Shown: positions 47,793 to 62,205, numbered from the stretch's first letter. The stretch: 64,000 bases of DNA from Nemertoderma westbladi (GCA_032718475.1 JAUCBJ010001883.1:1-64000); one strand, 5' to 3'. Numbers and translations: made by a program. The notes: a model not told the origin generated them from the sequence alone.

Positions 47793-48899
47793 TACTCCAC
47801 TGGGGTGGGGGGCTATGTGGCGCCACTAAATCTAACTCAACTTACTTCATGGCTCGCTCCAAGATACTGAACTGACTTTTTCCTATACTTATGCTCTTCT
47901 GATATTCTGTATGTACAGTGTACTGCTTACCGTACCAGTAGCTTAATAATAACATATTTCTCTAGATTATTATTAAACAACTCTCGTCCCAAATTTGCTT
48001 AATACGGACATCTACAGAGCTTTATTCTATATTTTAGGTTTTAACATTCCAAAATTCTCAGATTCATCTTGAAGCAAAGAATTTCTAGAAATTGTTTTAG
48101 CTAAAAAAAAGCTTGAAATAAAGCTCAAAAAAAAACAGGGTGGAAACGAGCCTTTATTGAACTAAATGAGTTAATGCAATCTGAGTTCACTAAATTATGT
48201 ACACATGAAATATTATTACCACAGTTAAAATATCATCGGCCTCAGCCTTTTTCTATTCCTCAAAAATATGGATTAAAAAGTCAGACAAAAAATATCTATA
48301 TTTTTGCAAAAGAAATAGTTATTAATTCCAAATCTTTTCGTTAAATTTAATAGTCTAATTGTTTAAATCAAAACTATATCCGATAAAATCAATAAAATAA
48401 TTCAGCATCAATATCTAGTTAGAATCAAGAAGAGATCAATAATTATCATGTGACGTATAAACAGAATGTGTTGCGGATCGAGTCTGCTAAGCACTTCCAA
48501 CCTATAAAATGGGGGGAGGGGGAGCCAATTTAACAAGTTGGTAACCGAGGTGGCCAATATGGCAAAGCATACCAACCATGGGATGTTGAAATGAGTGAAC
48601 CAGGGCCAGCCGGGAAGTGGACTGACAATCCATTTCAGTGAGTAAACACCAGTAAGGTCAAAAAAAGGGAGGCAGAATTAAAGCGTGATAGGTACCAATG
48701 GGATGGCTGCATCGGGCAGTTTACATGTATTGATCATCACAGGCCTATGAAATGTGTTAGCCTATAGGCAATGTATATTTCCCCCTTTAGATTAACGTTC
48801 ATGTATGCATTGCTTAAACCAGTAGGCAATTTATCGAGAGCCGCTTAACTATTACAGGTTGTTGGTATTACAGTTTATCAATTAAAAATAAAATTCTAA

Positions 48900-49170
48900 T
48901 CTATACCTATAAAAATCAAATTCTCTCTCTCTCTCTCTCTCTGTGTTCGAACTCCTCCAAAATGGGCAAAGGGATTGCGCTGGGACTTGGCATGTGTGTA
49001 TAACTTTAACCAGCGGTCGTTATAGGCCACTTTTCGAAAAGTATAATTCACGTTCGGTACCGGTACTGGGTACCGGTACGTCAGTAGGCCTATACCGGTA
49101 CCAGTACGCCAGTAGGCATATGCCGGTAGCGGGAAATACCGGGTAACAGTCCTCGGGTATTGCCTGCTAG
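48900..49170 (+). mobile_element. Non-autonomous Helitron-like element
   Basis: A|TC start, (TC)n microsatellite, 3' hairpin aatacc...ggtatt, CTAG|T end. Confidence 0.65.
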
Positions 49171-49363
49171 TATAATATATAGCACATTAATAAATTCAAC
49201 CATTGGCAATTTATCTAGTGTAGAAAGGTGGATAGTTTTCACCGTATGCGTATATCATACTGCTATACTTTGCTGTAATCATTATATACCGGTAACTGGT
49301 ATTTGAGATTAAAATTTAAGATTTTAGAAATTTAAGAATTTAATTAAGATTTGTGATTGAAAT

Positions 49364-50192
49364 TTGTGTCTACTGTTGACGGTGACACAGAACCATTTGA
49401 AGTGTTATGGGGTGTCCTCCAAGGAGACACACTTGCACCATTCTTGTTCATAATTGAGGTTGACTATGTTCAACGCATGTCCTTAGATCATCATAATGAT
49501 GATGGGGTGATGATAACTCCACCTACTGGCTCCAAAAGTCGAGGAAATCCTGCCAAGTACCTACCTAACTGATCTAGACTTTGCTGATGACTTAGGAGTA
49601 CTCTCAGAATCACTAGAGGGAGCCCAACGGCTCATCAGCTCATTAGAACATGCTGCTTCTAGTGTTGGTCTTTTTATTAACTCCAGAAAGACTAAAATTT
49701 TCACAGTTAACTTTGAAAGTCCTCAGCAAGTCTCTGATCGGATGAGCATAAGCTCAAAGGATGGTATGCTTGAGCATGTGGACGACTTCTGTTACCTGGA
49801 ATCATGGATATGGAAGTCAGGTGAGGACCTTTGAATACGTAAGGGAAAGGCATGGGCAGCCTTCAATAGGCTTTCCAGGATTTCCAGGATTAATCGGAAA
49901 CTTAAGGTCCGATTATTTAGAGCAGCAGTAGTTCCAGCATTGCTTTTGCCGTGACGACTAGCCAGTGCATAATCTTGTACTTTGGCAGCCTCATGGAATG
50001 AATAAGCATGGTGGACAGCCCATGAGTTTCTTGAGACGCATCTTAAAGGACACTGGCCTTGAAGATGTGGATGATCTAGCAAATGTCATGGATGATAGGG
50101 AGTTGTGGTGGCGCAATTTTGTTGACAAGCCGGCACAGCATTCTTAAAAATGCAGCTGCAATGCAGCATGCCGATCCTAGTAGTAGTAGTAG
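49364..50192 (+). mobile_element. RTE LINE 3' fragment with (TAG)n tail
   Basis: GVLQGDTLAPFLFII, DLDFADD, internal deletion, ends tagtagtagtagt. Confidence 0.88.
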
Positions 50193-50819
50193 TTTTATCA
50201 GGCTTACGGCCACTCAGTCTTCCACAGCCAACAGCGGCAATGAGTAGAAACACCACCTAGTTGAACGGTCGGGATCTCAGGTCAACCGGGATCCCATCAC
50301 ATAATGGATTGGCATAAACTTGTTGGGGAAGACTTCTGAACTCAACAGTTGTTTACTAGAGAGCAGACCGTGTGGTTCTAAACCAAAACAATAATAATGA
50401 CATTAAAGACTCATCACATCCCTCACTTCTCATAACAACTTAACTTAATAATAATAACTTAATGTTTTACACTGACTACTGACTGGAAAGTCTAACAGAT
50501 AGTGTTCCTCAACCTCAACTCTCCCACATGTACAACAATCATATTCAAGATCCCCGTAGATAAGTCTCATATGTGCTAGATTAGCTTGACCTATCCGAAG
50601 TCCAAGAATGAACGTCACTTGAATGCGACTGGGGTCCAGAGTGATTGTGGTACAGTATACCGAGCCGGTGTCACAGTAGAAAAGCCAGTAGGTACTGAGG
50701 TGCGGTTCCACATTAGTGTGGTAGTCCACATTAGTCCTATAATGATATGTATAGTAGTAAGCGAGGATCATGAGCGAATTCGAGTGAAATCAGCAGTTAT
50801 TAAGTGAACAGCAGTACAT

Positions 50820-51375
50820 ATGGACAGTGTTATGCAAAAGGGTATTATCCCACATTTTGTCGAAATTGAGTTTTTGGTATCATTTGATAGAGGAAAGTGT
50901 AATCTACATAATTGATGAGATCCTATTGTCCAATAATACGAAGAAATGCCTTAAAAGTACAAGAAAGGTAAGCCACAGTCCGGATTTGTGATTAGTCAAC
51001 TAATATTATTAATACAATACTATTAATACAAACAAATAATATTGCAAAAAAAATTTAATCCACATACTAATTGTTTGGCTAGACATCTTTTGACATCTTT
51101 TTGCAAGTATGACACCTTTTGACAATTTAACGTTTTGCCAAATATGAAGTTTTCCAAAAGTGTTAAGCCACATTTTGATCAATATTTCGGAGAAAATGCT
51201 ATATTCTAGCACACTAACTTGAAAAATACTGTAATTTCCATAAATGTTTTCTTATAAAAACACAACAGTATCTGAATAATACAACAACGATCACACAGGA
51301 TGTTAAAAACGTTGACATCGATTATCTCAAATTTAACTTTTGTGGCTTAACACCCTTTTGCATAACACCGTCCAT
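50820..51375. mobile_element. MITE with about 35-bp TIRs, superfamily uncertain
   Basis: atggacagtgttatgcaaaagggtattatcccaca / tgtggcttaacacccttttgcataacaccgtccat. Confidence 0.75.
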
Positions 51376-51756
51376 TATGTGGTCGCAGTCTCTCTCTCTA
51401 GATCTCTCTATCAAAAAAATGTAGTGGAAAGTGTACTTTTTAGCAGATGAGACCTGGAAACTGAAGAAAACATTTGAATAACAAATTGATGATTATTACA
51501 AAAGACTGCTAGTGGCACCACACCAAATCTAACCTAGAGACTACAAATGCCCAAGTTTATCGTAAAATAACACAGTTATCAATTACTTTCCATGAATCCA
51601 GAATACGATTCACTGTACACTGCAATAAAAAAGTATATATAAAGATACAACTATAAGTATTTCCATGCTACACTGCAACTGCGTTATATATATTATATGT
51701 ATTAAGAATATTGTGCCGGGTTATCAACAAAATTGAACAACCACCACTCCCACTCA

Positions 51757-51985
51757 CCCATGACATTTTCTAAATCATCCCCATCTTCAATGCCAGTGTC
51801 CTTTAATAATGGTCTCAAGAAAGTCATGGGCTAATTCCCCAGACGTATTCACTCCATAAGGCTGCCAGGGCACAAGACTATGCACTGGCTGGTCTTCACG
51901 GTGAAAGCAATAATGTCCTGCAAAGCAGGGGCCGTTCGGTTCAAGTGTCAAGCTGAGGGAGACTAATGAAACAGCTCCAAGTTTG
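51757..51985 (-). mobile_element. Short, diverged RTE fragment
   Basis: Reverse complement of the LVLWQP..KDTG.ED.DDL.NVM region of the other copies. Confidence 0.7.
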
Positions 51986-52775
51986 CATAGGTGAAATATT
52001 TACATTATGTATGTGTCCATCTGTGTGTACGTAGCTAAGATGGTTTTGGGTTGTTTGAAGTTGTAGAATATACAGTAGGGATTATTATAATATATGGATT
52101 AGTAATTATTATAATTATCGCATAACATCCAGGAGTGATTTTAACATGAATGAGAATTCGAAGAAGGACTAGAGCTCCTTAATTATGCGACCATAATAAA
52201 CTAGTTTCCTTACGCAAGATAACAGGCCACAGGTGTTCTGGAAAACAGTAATTGTAAATATAATTAGATGTCAGTAGGATCCCCATTTGTTTATTTGAGC
52301 CACACTACCCAGTATTTGAGCCAGTTCTTCAATACCGACCTTAATCAATCAATCACACAAGCTCTCTGCAAACACTAAATATATAATTTTAGTTAGATTC
52401 GCTAAATAGTTTTGTAACATGATTCAGTCTGTGATATTATTAATTAACATGCTGAATAAATTTGGCAACAAATTGATAGTTAGTATTTTATCACGTTGAA
52501 AATAAGGAAAATTTTTAGGCTGACTAGAAAATATGAATAGTGGCCCGTGAATTATTCCCCACATTAACATATTGGGTTATTGGCAGATTAAATGTTATTT
52601 AAAATACACTGCTGAAACAACAAGCTGGCTGGGATGTGTACTTCATAAAATAGCTTCAAAATTACGATGGGACAAGTTATTGTATATCTTTGTTAGGAGA
52701 CACTTCAAGTCCACTTGGAAATATATAATAAACATCCCCACCGTCCCCAGTGTACCCCACATAACAAACTTCGTC

Positions 52776-53001
52776 GGCGAGAATGCTTCACCCATTAGTA
52801 ATCTTCGCCCAGAGCAATCTTCGCCCTCAAAATGAGTGAACAACCTCGTTTGCTGTTTTGGTTAGAAAAATTCGTTTCTGTAACCTATCATGTCTGTTAC
52901 CTGCTCCTTTCCCGCGAAGGTTGGACGCGGGCGAAGATTTCCCGCGGGCGGAGATTTTCTGCGGGCGAATGTTGGACACGGGCGAAGATTGCACCCAAAT
53001 C
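52776..53001 (-). mobile_element. Inverted partial copy of the 35716-36117 MITE, with one 68-bp unit
   Basis: Ends ggcgaagattgcacccaa; contains the reverse complement of ggaaaggagcagg...ttctaaccaaaaca. Confidence 0.65.
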
Positions 53002-55735
53002 AAGGGACACGCCAATAATGCTGCAAAGTAATACCCCATACATTCCAATATTTTAGCGTGCTTAATTATTTTTTATTGAGCACATCTATATATATATGTA
53101 AGAAAAGCATCGCAAAAAAAAGCAAAGAAAAGCAAAGCAGTAGTTGTAATGCGACATTATGTTTCCACGCCATGGAACGTTACACCACGCAGTGGACTGC
53201 AGGACCAGCGCACACCGTTATCATTATTATATACTTCTCTATTTATTTCAAATATGAAATATAGAATAACATAACAAATATTAGCCATAAACCGTTAACA
53301 GACTTCGTAACTAATTAAAAGTTAGCAACATCTTAATTTCGCAAAGTTTTATTCGTAAAGGAACAACTCCTATTAGTTGCTATGTTGGCATTTTACATTA
53401 AACATACGGCTAGTTGTCTTGTGTGTAAAAAAAACCGTTAACCGGTATGACTCAGTCTTAAAATCAAAATCAAAATTGTTATTTTGTGTTTTTGCATCGG
53501 TGATTTTTGCTTTTTTTTAACGGATACGTTAGGTTTTTCCTAATTTGTGATCAGTTCTTGAGGTTTTACTTACCGCAAACTGTTACTGATGTATCAATTT
53601 CAGCAAGTTGATTGATGAAGAGTGGTACTGCCCTAATGGCACCGGTTATTATTTAATAAATCTAAATCCAATCCAAAGAGAGTAGGCCGGCCTAACGGTA
53701 GACATAAACACTCAACCTGTTTTGGACCTGTTTGCGCGACCTACAACTCGTTCGCGGGTTGGGGGTAAGGATATAAAAAAGGTTTCTGTAATAAACAGGG
53801 AAGTATTACAGCACTTCCTTGGTCTTTGTTTTGTATTCACTCAGACTCAAGGCAGGGGTTTGTTTAGCTGGAGCCCTAAAACTGACATATGACCATATTG
53901 TTATCTCGTTCTAGCTAAGAACGAGAGAAAGCCGGCCCAATATTAGATTTATAACAACAACATTTCCATTGGGTAAGAAAGTGGAGAGAGGAGAGCCAGC
54001 CCGACTCTCAATTTTTTAGTTTATATTATGCGATCAATTTTCACTCATCTCGTCATGAACCCAACAAGTATGTAACCTTTTGTTAAATTTGTTGGCTATG
54101 CGTTTGCGGTTGTTTGGGCGGAGTGTGGTAGGCCTACACTTTTCACACTTAAATATTTTGGTTGTGAAATGTTACAGGGAACAGCGATCAGAGATATTTC
54201 ATTTATGTTTTATTATGAGAGGAAGAAAAACATAGAACGTTATTTACTATATACAGTATGTAACGAAATAATTGTTTTCGGGTTTAACTTGGAAGCCTCC
54301 CAAAATAGTTGATATACAATTCTATTTATAATTATTTCCATGGTCATGGTCATTCACCCGTCTTTAGATAGAAATTTGTTTGCATGAAAGACAGTTTAGT
54401 TTAGTTTTTACTGATTATTATCTCTTATCTGACTCGGGTAATAATAAAGGATAGGATAAATGGAAGCAAAGTGTGACAGTAACAAATATTTCCCTGACAA
54501 CCTAGCATGTCTTAAGTATATGATATCTCAAAGGAGGAAGTTTGGATTCACTGCATAAATGCAGTTCACCAAACTTCCCCCGAATGCACACTGTAACTTC
54601 CCCCTTCCCCCAAATATCCACTGTTGAACTAATTTGAAGCGATATAATAAGTACAAAATTGTGTGAGTTTTTAATTGTGTGGTCCATTTGTTATTTAATC
54701 TTTCTTTATTGTTTAAAAGACTTGATTATTACTGTAATAAGAAAAAAAGCTACTGGCTACTGACTACTGGCTACTGACTACTGGCTACTGACTACTTGAT
54801 GAAATTTTGCATAAACCTTGAAAATAGATTTCTATGGGTACTTGTGAAATCGCGGTTTAAATTGAAACATCTCAATTAGTTTTATTTCGAAAAATAGCCC
54901 AAAACACGAAAACTGCAATAGGGGCAATGATAAAAACACCAGCTGGCACTCATGAAAAATGTATAGAGATGGCCTGGTAATGCATTCAATAGGAAGGGCA
55001 ACTAACACAGAAGTACTAACACAGAAGTACTTTCTGTGCCAAGTATTATCACTCTACTCTACAACCCAGACAGTAAGCTAACATGGTTTAGCTGGCTATT
55101 ACAGTCTCAGCTGAATAACTCTTCCCAATGCATCCTTGCTATGCTAATTAATTGGCGTGCAAGCTAAATGTGTTGTCTACTACTGTATTGATTGTACTGT
55201 GCTCTCTAGCTCTCATCTAATTATTGTTTTATTTTAAAATCTTTGTGCCAACATTAATACTGTGGAGGCTGTATGCTTATAAAGCTGAATGTTTACTCAG
55301 CCTCATAATGATTCTCCATAGGGCTAACATTATTGTTTGAAATATAAAAATCTGTTATACAATAATAATATAATTGTTATATTTAATTAAGGCAATGATT
55401 TTTTATGTCCTTTTATTTGACTTTTTTTGTCCTTTTTTTTACGAATTATGCATAATGACTTTTGTTGTCCTTTTAATGACTTTTATTGTCCTTTTAATGA
55501 CTTTTTATGTATGTATTTCTTCAAACTGTCAGACTGCTGATTTCTGGACTGTCAGACAGTTGATTTCACTATGCCTGTGCCAAAACATTCCATGATTTAT
55601 AGACTATGAGATAGATTTCCATATGCGCCTGTGGTAAAAAGACTCTATATTTAATAGTTTGTGGTTGTTGTCGAAAATCGAATACCACATGACGTAGCAA
55701 AACACTCATTTTATAGCCAAAAACAATTACCAATT

Positions 55736-56371
55736 GATGGAAAGGAGCAGGTTAAGGCCGATTTTTCTAACCAAAACAATAAACAGTCACTTTACCAAAT
55801 CAGGGAAAGGAGCAGGTTACAGAGACGGGATTTTCTAACCAAAACAATAAACGATCACTTAACTAATTGAGGGAAAGGAACAGGTTACAGAGGCGGGATT
55901 TTCTAACCAAAACAATAAACGATCACTTAACTTATTGAGGGAAAGGAGCAGGTTACAGAGGCGGGATTTTCTAACCAAAACAATAAACGATCATTTAACT
56001 AATTGAGGGAAAGGGACAGGTTACAGAGGCGGAATTTTCTAACCAAAACAATAAACGATCACTTAACTAATTGAGGGAAAGGAGCAGGTTACAGAGGCGG
56101 GCCTTTCTAACCAAAACAATAAACGGTCACTTAACTAATTGAGGGAAAGGAGCAGGTTACAGAGACGGGATTTTCTAACCAAAACAATAAACGATCATTT
56201 AACTAATTCAGGGAAAGGAGCAGGTTACAGAGGCGGGATTTTCTAACCAAAACAATAAACGATCATTTAACTAATTGAGGGAAAGGGGCAGGTTACAGAG
56301 GCGGGATTTTCTAACCAAAACAATAAACGATCATTTAACTAATTGAGGGAAAGGAGCAGGTTACAGAGACG
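55736..56371 (+). repeat. 68-bp tandem array, about 9.5 copies
   Basis: Unit gagggaaaggagcaggttacagaggcgggattttctaaccaaaacaataaacgatcacttaactaatt starting at 55801, 55869, 55937 ... 56345. Confidence 0.95.
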
Positions 56372-57340
56372 ATAAAACTAATACAGTAATAGGCCTAAAT
56401 TATGTGAAAGGTATATCCACATTTTCCACAATCCTGCAATCCAGTTTTGCCTATCAATTATTTAAAATTTATTAGCACAACCGGTAGGCCTACCATTACC
56501 GTATTTAAATGGTAGGCTACACAGTAGGCCTATAGCAGTACCGGTGCCGGTACCGGTACTAAAATACAGAAATACCTGCTTTATACCTACATCTATACAT
56601 ACAATACAGCAAAATAGTGCTATATATACTAATACCGGTACTGATAGCCTGAGAGAACAGCAGTAGAGAAACCGGTAGCATGAACCTAACATTAGACTTT
56701 TGGAGGACATAAAAAATAAAAAAAAAGGACAAAAAAAGGATTTAAACGGACAATAAAAACTATTGCGTTTAATTAATATCGCGGTTTACATTGAACAGTG
56801 TAAATTGTTAATCGCGGTTTACATTGAAACATCTCAACTTGTTTTATTTATTACATAAATAAGAAAGAATTTGTCTTATCACTGTGTAGCCAACACACTG
56901 TATAACTAACAGTCATTTAGCTTGCACGCCAATTAATTAACATGGCAAGGATTCATTGTGAAGAGTTATTCAGCTGAGACCGTAATAGCCAGCTAAACCA
57001 GTTATGGTTTTGTTTGATTACTGTCTGGGTTGTAGAGTAGAGTGATAATAAAACTTGGCAGAGAAAGTACTTCTTTGTTAGTTGCCCTTCCTATTGAATG
57101 CATTACCAGGCCATCTCTATATATTTTTCATGAGTGCCAAGCTGGTGTTCTATCATTGCGCCTATGGCAATTATCGTGTTTTGGGGCTATTTTTCGAAAT
57201 AAAACAAGTTGAGATGTTTCAATTTAAACCGCGATTTTACAAGTACCCTTAGAAATCCATTTTCATGGTCCATGCAAAATTTCATCAAAATCGTTAGAGC
57301 CGTTTTTGCTCTACGTCAGTAGCCAGTAGTCAGTAGCCAG

Positions 57341-58716
57341 TACTACTAGGATCGGCATGCTGCATTGCAGCTGCATTTTTAAGAATGCTGTGTTAATAAT
57401 TCACTCCATGAGGCTGCCAAAGTACAAGATTTTGCACTGGCTGGTCCTCACGGCGAAAGTAATATTCTGCAAAGCGGAGGCGATTTTGTTCTAGTGTCAA
57501 GCTTGGGGGAACCAATGAGACACCTCCAATGTTATATAGTGTCTGGTTGGAGAAGTGTGCATTGTACTTGACACAATGAACCCGGCGTAGCATTCTTGTA
57601 AATGTGCCATCCAGAGATTTGGTGTCCTCAGCAGATAGAGCTCAGAATGGACTCCCATAGAGCAGTACTGGAACTACTGCTGCTCTAAATAATCGGACCT
57701 TAAGTTTCCGATTAATTCTCGGTGACTTCCAAATCCTGGAAAGCCTATTCAAGGCTGCCCATGCCTTTCCCTTACGTATTCGAAGGTCCTCACCTGACTT
57801 CCGGATCCATGATCCCAGGTAACAGAAGTCGTCCACATGCTCAAGCATACCATCCTTTGAGCTTATGCTCATCCGATCAGAGACTTGCTGAGAACTTTCA
57901 AAGTTAACTGTCAAAATTTTGGTCTTTCTGGAGTTAATAAAAAGACCAACACTAGAAGCAGCATGTTCTAATGAGCTGAGGGGCCGTTGGGCTCCCTCTA
58001 GTGATTCTGAGAGTACTCCTAAGTCATCAGCAAAGTCTAGATCAGTTAGGTACTTGGCAGGATTTCCTCGACTTCTGGAGCCAGTAGGTGGAGTTATCAT
58101 CACCCCATTATCATTATGATGATCTAAGGACATGCGTAGAACATAGACAACAACAATTATGAACAAGAATGGAGCAAGTGTGTCTTCCTGGAGGACACCC
58201 CATAACACTTCAAATGGTTCTGGGTCACCGTCAACAGTAGACACAAATGTTGTCGAACCATCGTATACTGATCTGATTGCTGCAAAAATTTCATCAGGAA
58301 TCCCATATATAATGAAAGTATGCTGAACATACGTGAGCGAGAGACTGAATCAAAGGCCTTGAAGAAGTCAACAAAGATAACAGCCAGATGCCTGTCTTTC
58401 TTTTTTGATAACTCTTCAATTATCCTTCTAAGTGCCAAAATGGGCTCCATGGTCCCACGACCTTTACGGAACCCATTCTGATTTCCACGGAGCAGTCTCT
58501 CAATGGGATCCCTGATGCGATTTAATAGAATTCTATTGAATAGCTTTGCAGCAATCGAGATCAATGAGATTCCCCGAAAAGAACCATAGAGTGTTAGGTT
58601 GCCCTTCTTGGGAACTGGCACCAATTTATTTGTTTTCATTTCTTGTGGGACTCTTGTTGTTCGGTACATGTCTACTATGGTGGGATAGATGAGCTTTAAA
58701 CACTCAGGTATTTTAA
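57341..58716 (-). mobile_element. 5'-truncated RTE LINE with frameshifted RT
   Basis: VPVPKKG..FRGISL, NQNGFRKGRGT, FVDFFKAFDSV, DLDFADD, YLGS; (TAG)n tail. Confidence 0.9.
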
Positions 58717-61700
58717 AGTAGCCAGTAGCCAGTAGTCGGTAGCTTTTTTTCTTACAGTAATCAAGTCTAACGACTTGCTAATTAAATTAATTATTTTTAT
58801 TTTTATTTTTTCACTAAAATCGCTCTAACTTCGGTTCTGATGGTCCAAATTCAATAAAATTGGTATATTCTTTGCCGTGATTTTTTTTCCATCTTTTGAG
58901 AGGGGGTCATTTTTGTCCCCAACAAAAAATAAAAAAAAGGGTCAAAATGACGCGATATTTTTCGACCCTTAAAATTCGTTTTTTTAATTATAAATGTTAA
59001 GAAAAAAGATAGCGGAGTTAATTTGCTACATTTTACAGGTAGTTTTGGCGCAAAAAGATAAATTATAATAGAGTAGCGAATTATTAAGAAAAACAATTTT
59101 TCGTCCCTTTTTTATAAATATTATATTTCACATGATCGTCTGCCGCTCCAGTTGTATAATAGCTTCGGCTTCGGCGCTGTAATTAACGCTGTTAGATAGA
59201 TAATTTAACGCACTATAGGTCTGTATAAACAAATCTCCCGTAAGTTAAGTAGTTTTCGAGCCGGACGAGTTCCCGCGCAGTGAGTTTGAACCGCGAAATT
59301 TTAATATTGGCCCTCATTTTTTTATATCGTTTGCGCAGCAAAACCAATAGAATATTTGGATTCACCGTATCGATATTAACCGTATAAAATGTACCTTAAC
59401 CTTCTAAGCTTAAAAATAAAAAAGTTATTAATTATAAACTTTTTATTATTTTCTGGCCCTTTTTGGACCCTTTTGCCGACACAAGCCGACACAAGGTTAA
59501 ACACTAAAACCTAGTCCTTCTCACAGAACCATTTCTCTCAGCTTTGGTGTAAATTAATTGATTAATTTATTATTTTTTTATTTTTTTTCTGCCTCAGGTA
59601 AAGTCCACACTATCAATTGCGAAGGTCAACAACGACAACCCAAAATTCTGAGTAAAGTCTTTACAAATATACTAAATGATTGACACCGCCCCCCCATTCC
59701 CCAAGGTTTTAATCTCTCTAATTGAAGCAATTTTAAAGAATTCTAATTACATTGTAATTCCATTTAAGCTATTCGATTTTATAGAATTTTATTAAATAAC
59801 TCTATATCTTAAATTTACATTGCTATCATTTTAAGTAATTTCATTTTAATGCATTTGATTTTATTATTTGTATTTATTCTACAAACGTACACAATGGTAA
59901 TAAATGCACCAGATATCATTCAGCTTAACTTGAGAACTGAGACAAATTCAACATTAACTTCAAGTAGCTCCTACAGCCAAATAAATATAGAAACCCAATT
60001 AAAACTACTGCAGGTTCGAATGTAATTGCGGTTACGTTTGATACCCATTATCATTAACGATGTTACATTCGATCATGATAACGTTCGGTCTATCAACCAT
60101 TTTACAAATTAATACTACTTGCTGTTTACATGCTAAATGTTGTCAAATTTATAATGTCTATCATTAGAAAATTTGGCGCAAGCAAATTTATGTAAGTTAT
60201 ACCAAATTTCGAACCGTGTACCGCAATGTGACCATAGAATACGGTACAGTCATACTGAAAGAATGCTGCTACTTTATTTCAAGCCGTGATATATAACACC
60301 CCATAGCATATCATTTAGATTACTTTATTCCACGGCTTATTTCATGCCAACATGTATATAATTAAAGGTGATAATCATTCATCACAATCTCCCCCATTTT
60401 ATCTCACATCATTTATTTCCGAGATTTCCGAGACTAATAATAATTAACAAGGCAATAAATTAGTCAGAGATCCTATGATGTTAATTTTCTTTTGAACATT
60501 GAAGTGAGCCGTTTATAATTTAACCCCCAGAGATGCGTCAGCTTTGTTCGTCATTTTTCTGTATCCTTCTAGGTTATCCTTTTACCTCTATAACTACTTA
60601 ATCTTCATTATAATCCTTACGCCAATTAATTACTAAATGTGCCACGTTCGTGGATGCTGATCTATATTTTTGTCAACATTTGTGTTCGTGGAGGTAGTCG
60701 ACCTAAATGGATGGCAGATCAAATTAACGTGGTGTCAGATATCATTAATCATATAAGTCGTCAGCGCATTATAATCTTTATACCCAATATAGATTAATAA
60801 ACAATAAAAGAAAAAATCAACTTAGTAGAATAACACGGTTTGTGGCAGGTCACTCACTGGTACAAATCACCTTAATCACACGGTGGTGCTATATTTATCG
60901 TTATGACACAATTAGAACACAAACTCAATACAGTACCCCATAGAGTCGACCTTCAACATCAATAAATAGTAATTATAAAATATTATTGTTTTAGTAAACA
61001 AACCCATCACTACTGCCGGTATCCGTGGTTACTGTAGTAACTTCCACTTTTATTTTCCATAAATCCTGAGATCTTTGGAAATAAAGTAATGAGATAAAAT
61101 CATACTCCAAAAACTCTCGAAATATAATAAAACCTGTGAAAAATCTTTAAAAACCCATTAAAAGTATTAAATTCTTATCATACATTCATCAACAACGCTA
61201 CTCTAGAAATCGTTTGCATGACTACTACAGTACTACTAAACTGTAACATCAGTGAAAGACTAAATAATCAAGTCGTAAAATACGTATAGTCATTCTGATC
61301 ATGTCGGTCTTTTATAAACTAGAAGTTTATTCGTGGGAGAAGAGATTCAGATCGGATCTGTATATCAGATAGAGTAAACTGAATTTTTGTTTACCTGTTG
61401 GTTTGCTGTTTACTTGTGTGAGGTTTACAGAGTGTGGACGCCCAATATAGTTGTGTGAGCAGACTATAAATATGTTTTGGAAGACTATAAAGTTGTTTGA
61501 GCGGAATATGAAGTTGTTTTAGAGAACTGTAAAGATGTAAGGGCAGTTTAATTTTTGTTGGTGGATTACAATTGTACGTCGCGTAGTGGTGCCAATTTTA
61601 GGACGATAGGAGAATTGTGTAATAAATATAATATCGCTGACTTACAACTAAATGTGTAAAAAGTATAAATTATGTTCCGATTAAGAAGACCAATGAATGG

Positions 61701-61814
61701 AAAGTCATGAAAACAGATCAACTCATTTCATGTAATGAAACAACTCCATCCAATCCTCACGATTTCTGTACTTTGTGTTCACGTTGTGTACTTCGTTTCA
61801 CTGTTATTCGGAGC

Positions 61815-62166
61815 TGGGCAACAATGCAATACCTCCTTAATCCACCATGCCTATTACGTAGCTAATCACATATTTACAAATGTTCCAAAATATGGTGTAT
61901 TTATTAAATAGAATTAAATAGCCTCGCGCAAATACAAAAAACCATGCAACTTTAGAACGCTCATATCTCATATCGATTAAATTCAGATTGTGATACATAT
62001 TTGGAATCATTGAATAGTCACTTTTCTATCAGTACCAATCACTATAAGGTTGAAGAATAGTGCGATGCCGACGGAGACACGCTCTTTTCAAACGCTTTTA
62101 GCTAAAGAATGAAAGCTAAAATAAAAATTCTGGCTCACCCAGCAAGGAGGAGGGAGGTGAAATTAT
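61815..62166 (+). mobile_element. Diverged partial copy of the 6006-6877 Tc1-type MITE
   Basis: Colinear similarity to about 6434-6770. Confidence 0.7.
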
Positions 62167-62205
62167 CAATGCTTCATATAAAATCTGAAAAGTAAATAAA
62201 CTTAC

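Larger units (their letters stand above)
39255..48016 (+). mobile_element. Degenerate Gypsy element (CsRn1/Kabuki-like) hosting two nested insertions
   Basis: TSD GAGC (39251-39254, 48017-48020); 3' LTR 47816-48016 TG..CA with PPT; 5' LTR split into 39255-39394 and 44575-44652; PBS tggtgaccc (tRNA-Arg type) at 44654. Confidence 0.88.
54719..58768. mobile_element. Large inverted pair or foldback of a Helentron/DINE-like sequence; the right arm is interrupted by an RTE
   Basis: 54719-about 55500 mirrors about 56700-57340 plus 58717-58768; includes aaatttcatcaaaatcg followed by a 7-bp (agtagyc)n minisatellite. Confidence 0.7.

Noticed and set aside
55736-56371. CRISPR-like periodicity (68 bp)
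   Set aside because: The whole unit is repeated; there are no variable spacers.
59598-59683. Possible plus-strand terminal exon after ttttttttctgcctcag
   Set aside because: It is short, with no recognisable protein and no partner exon.
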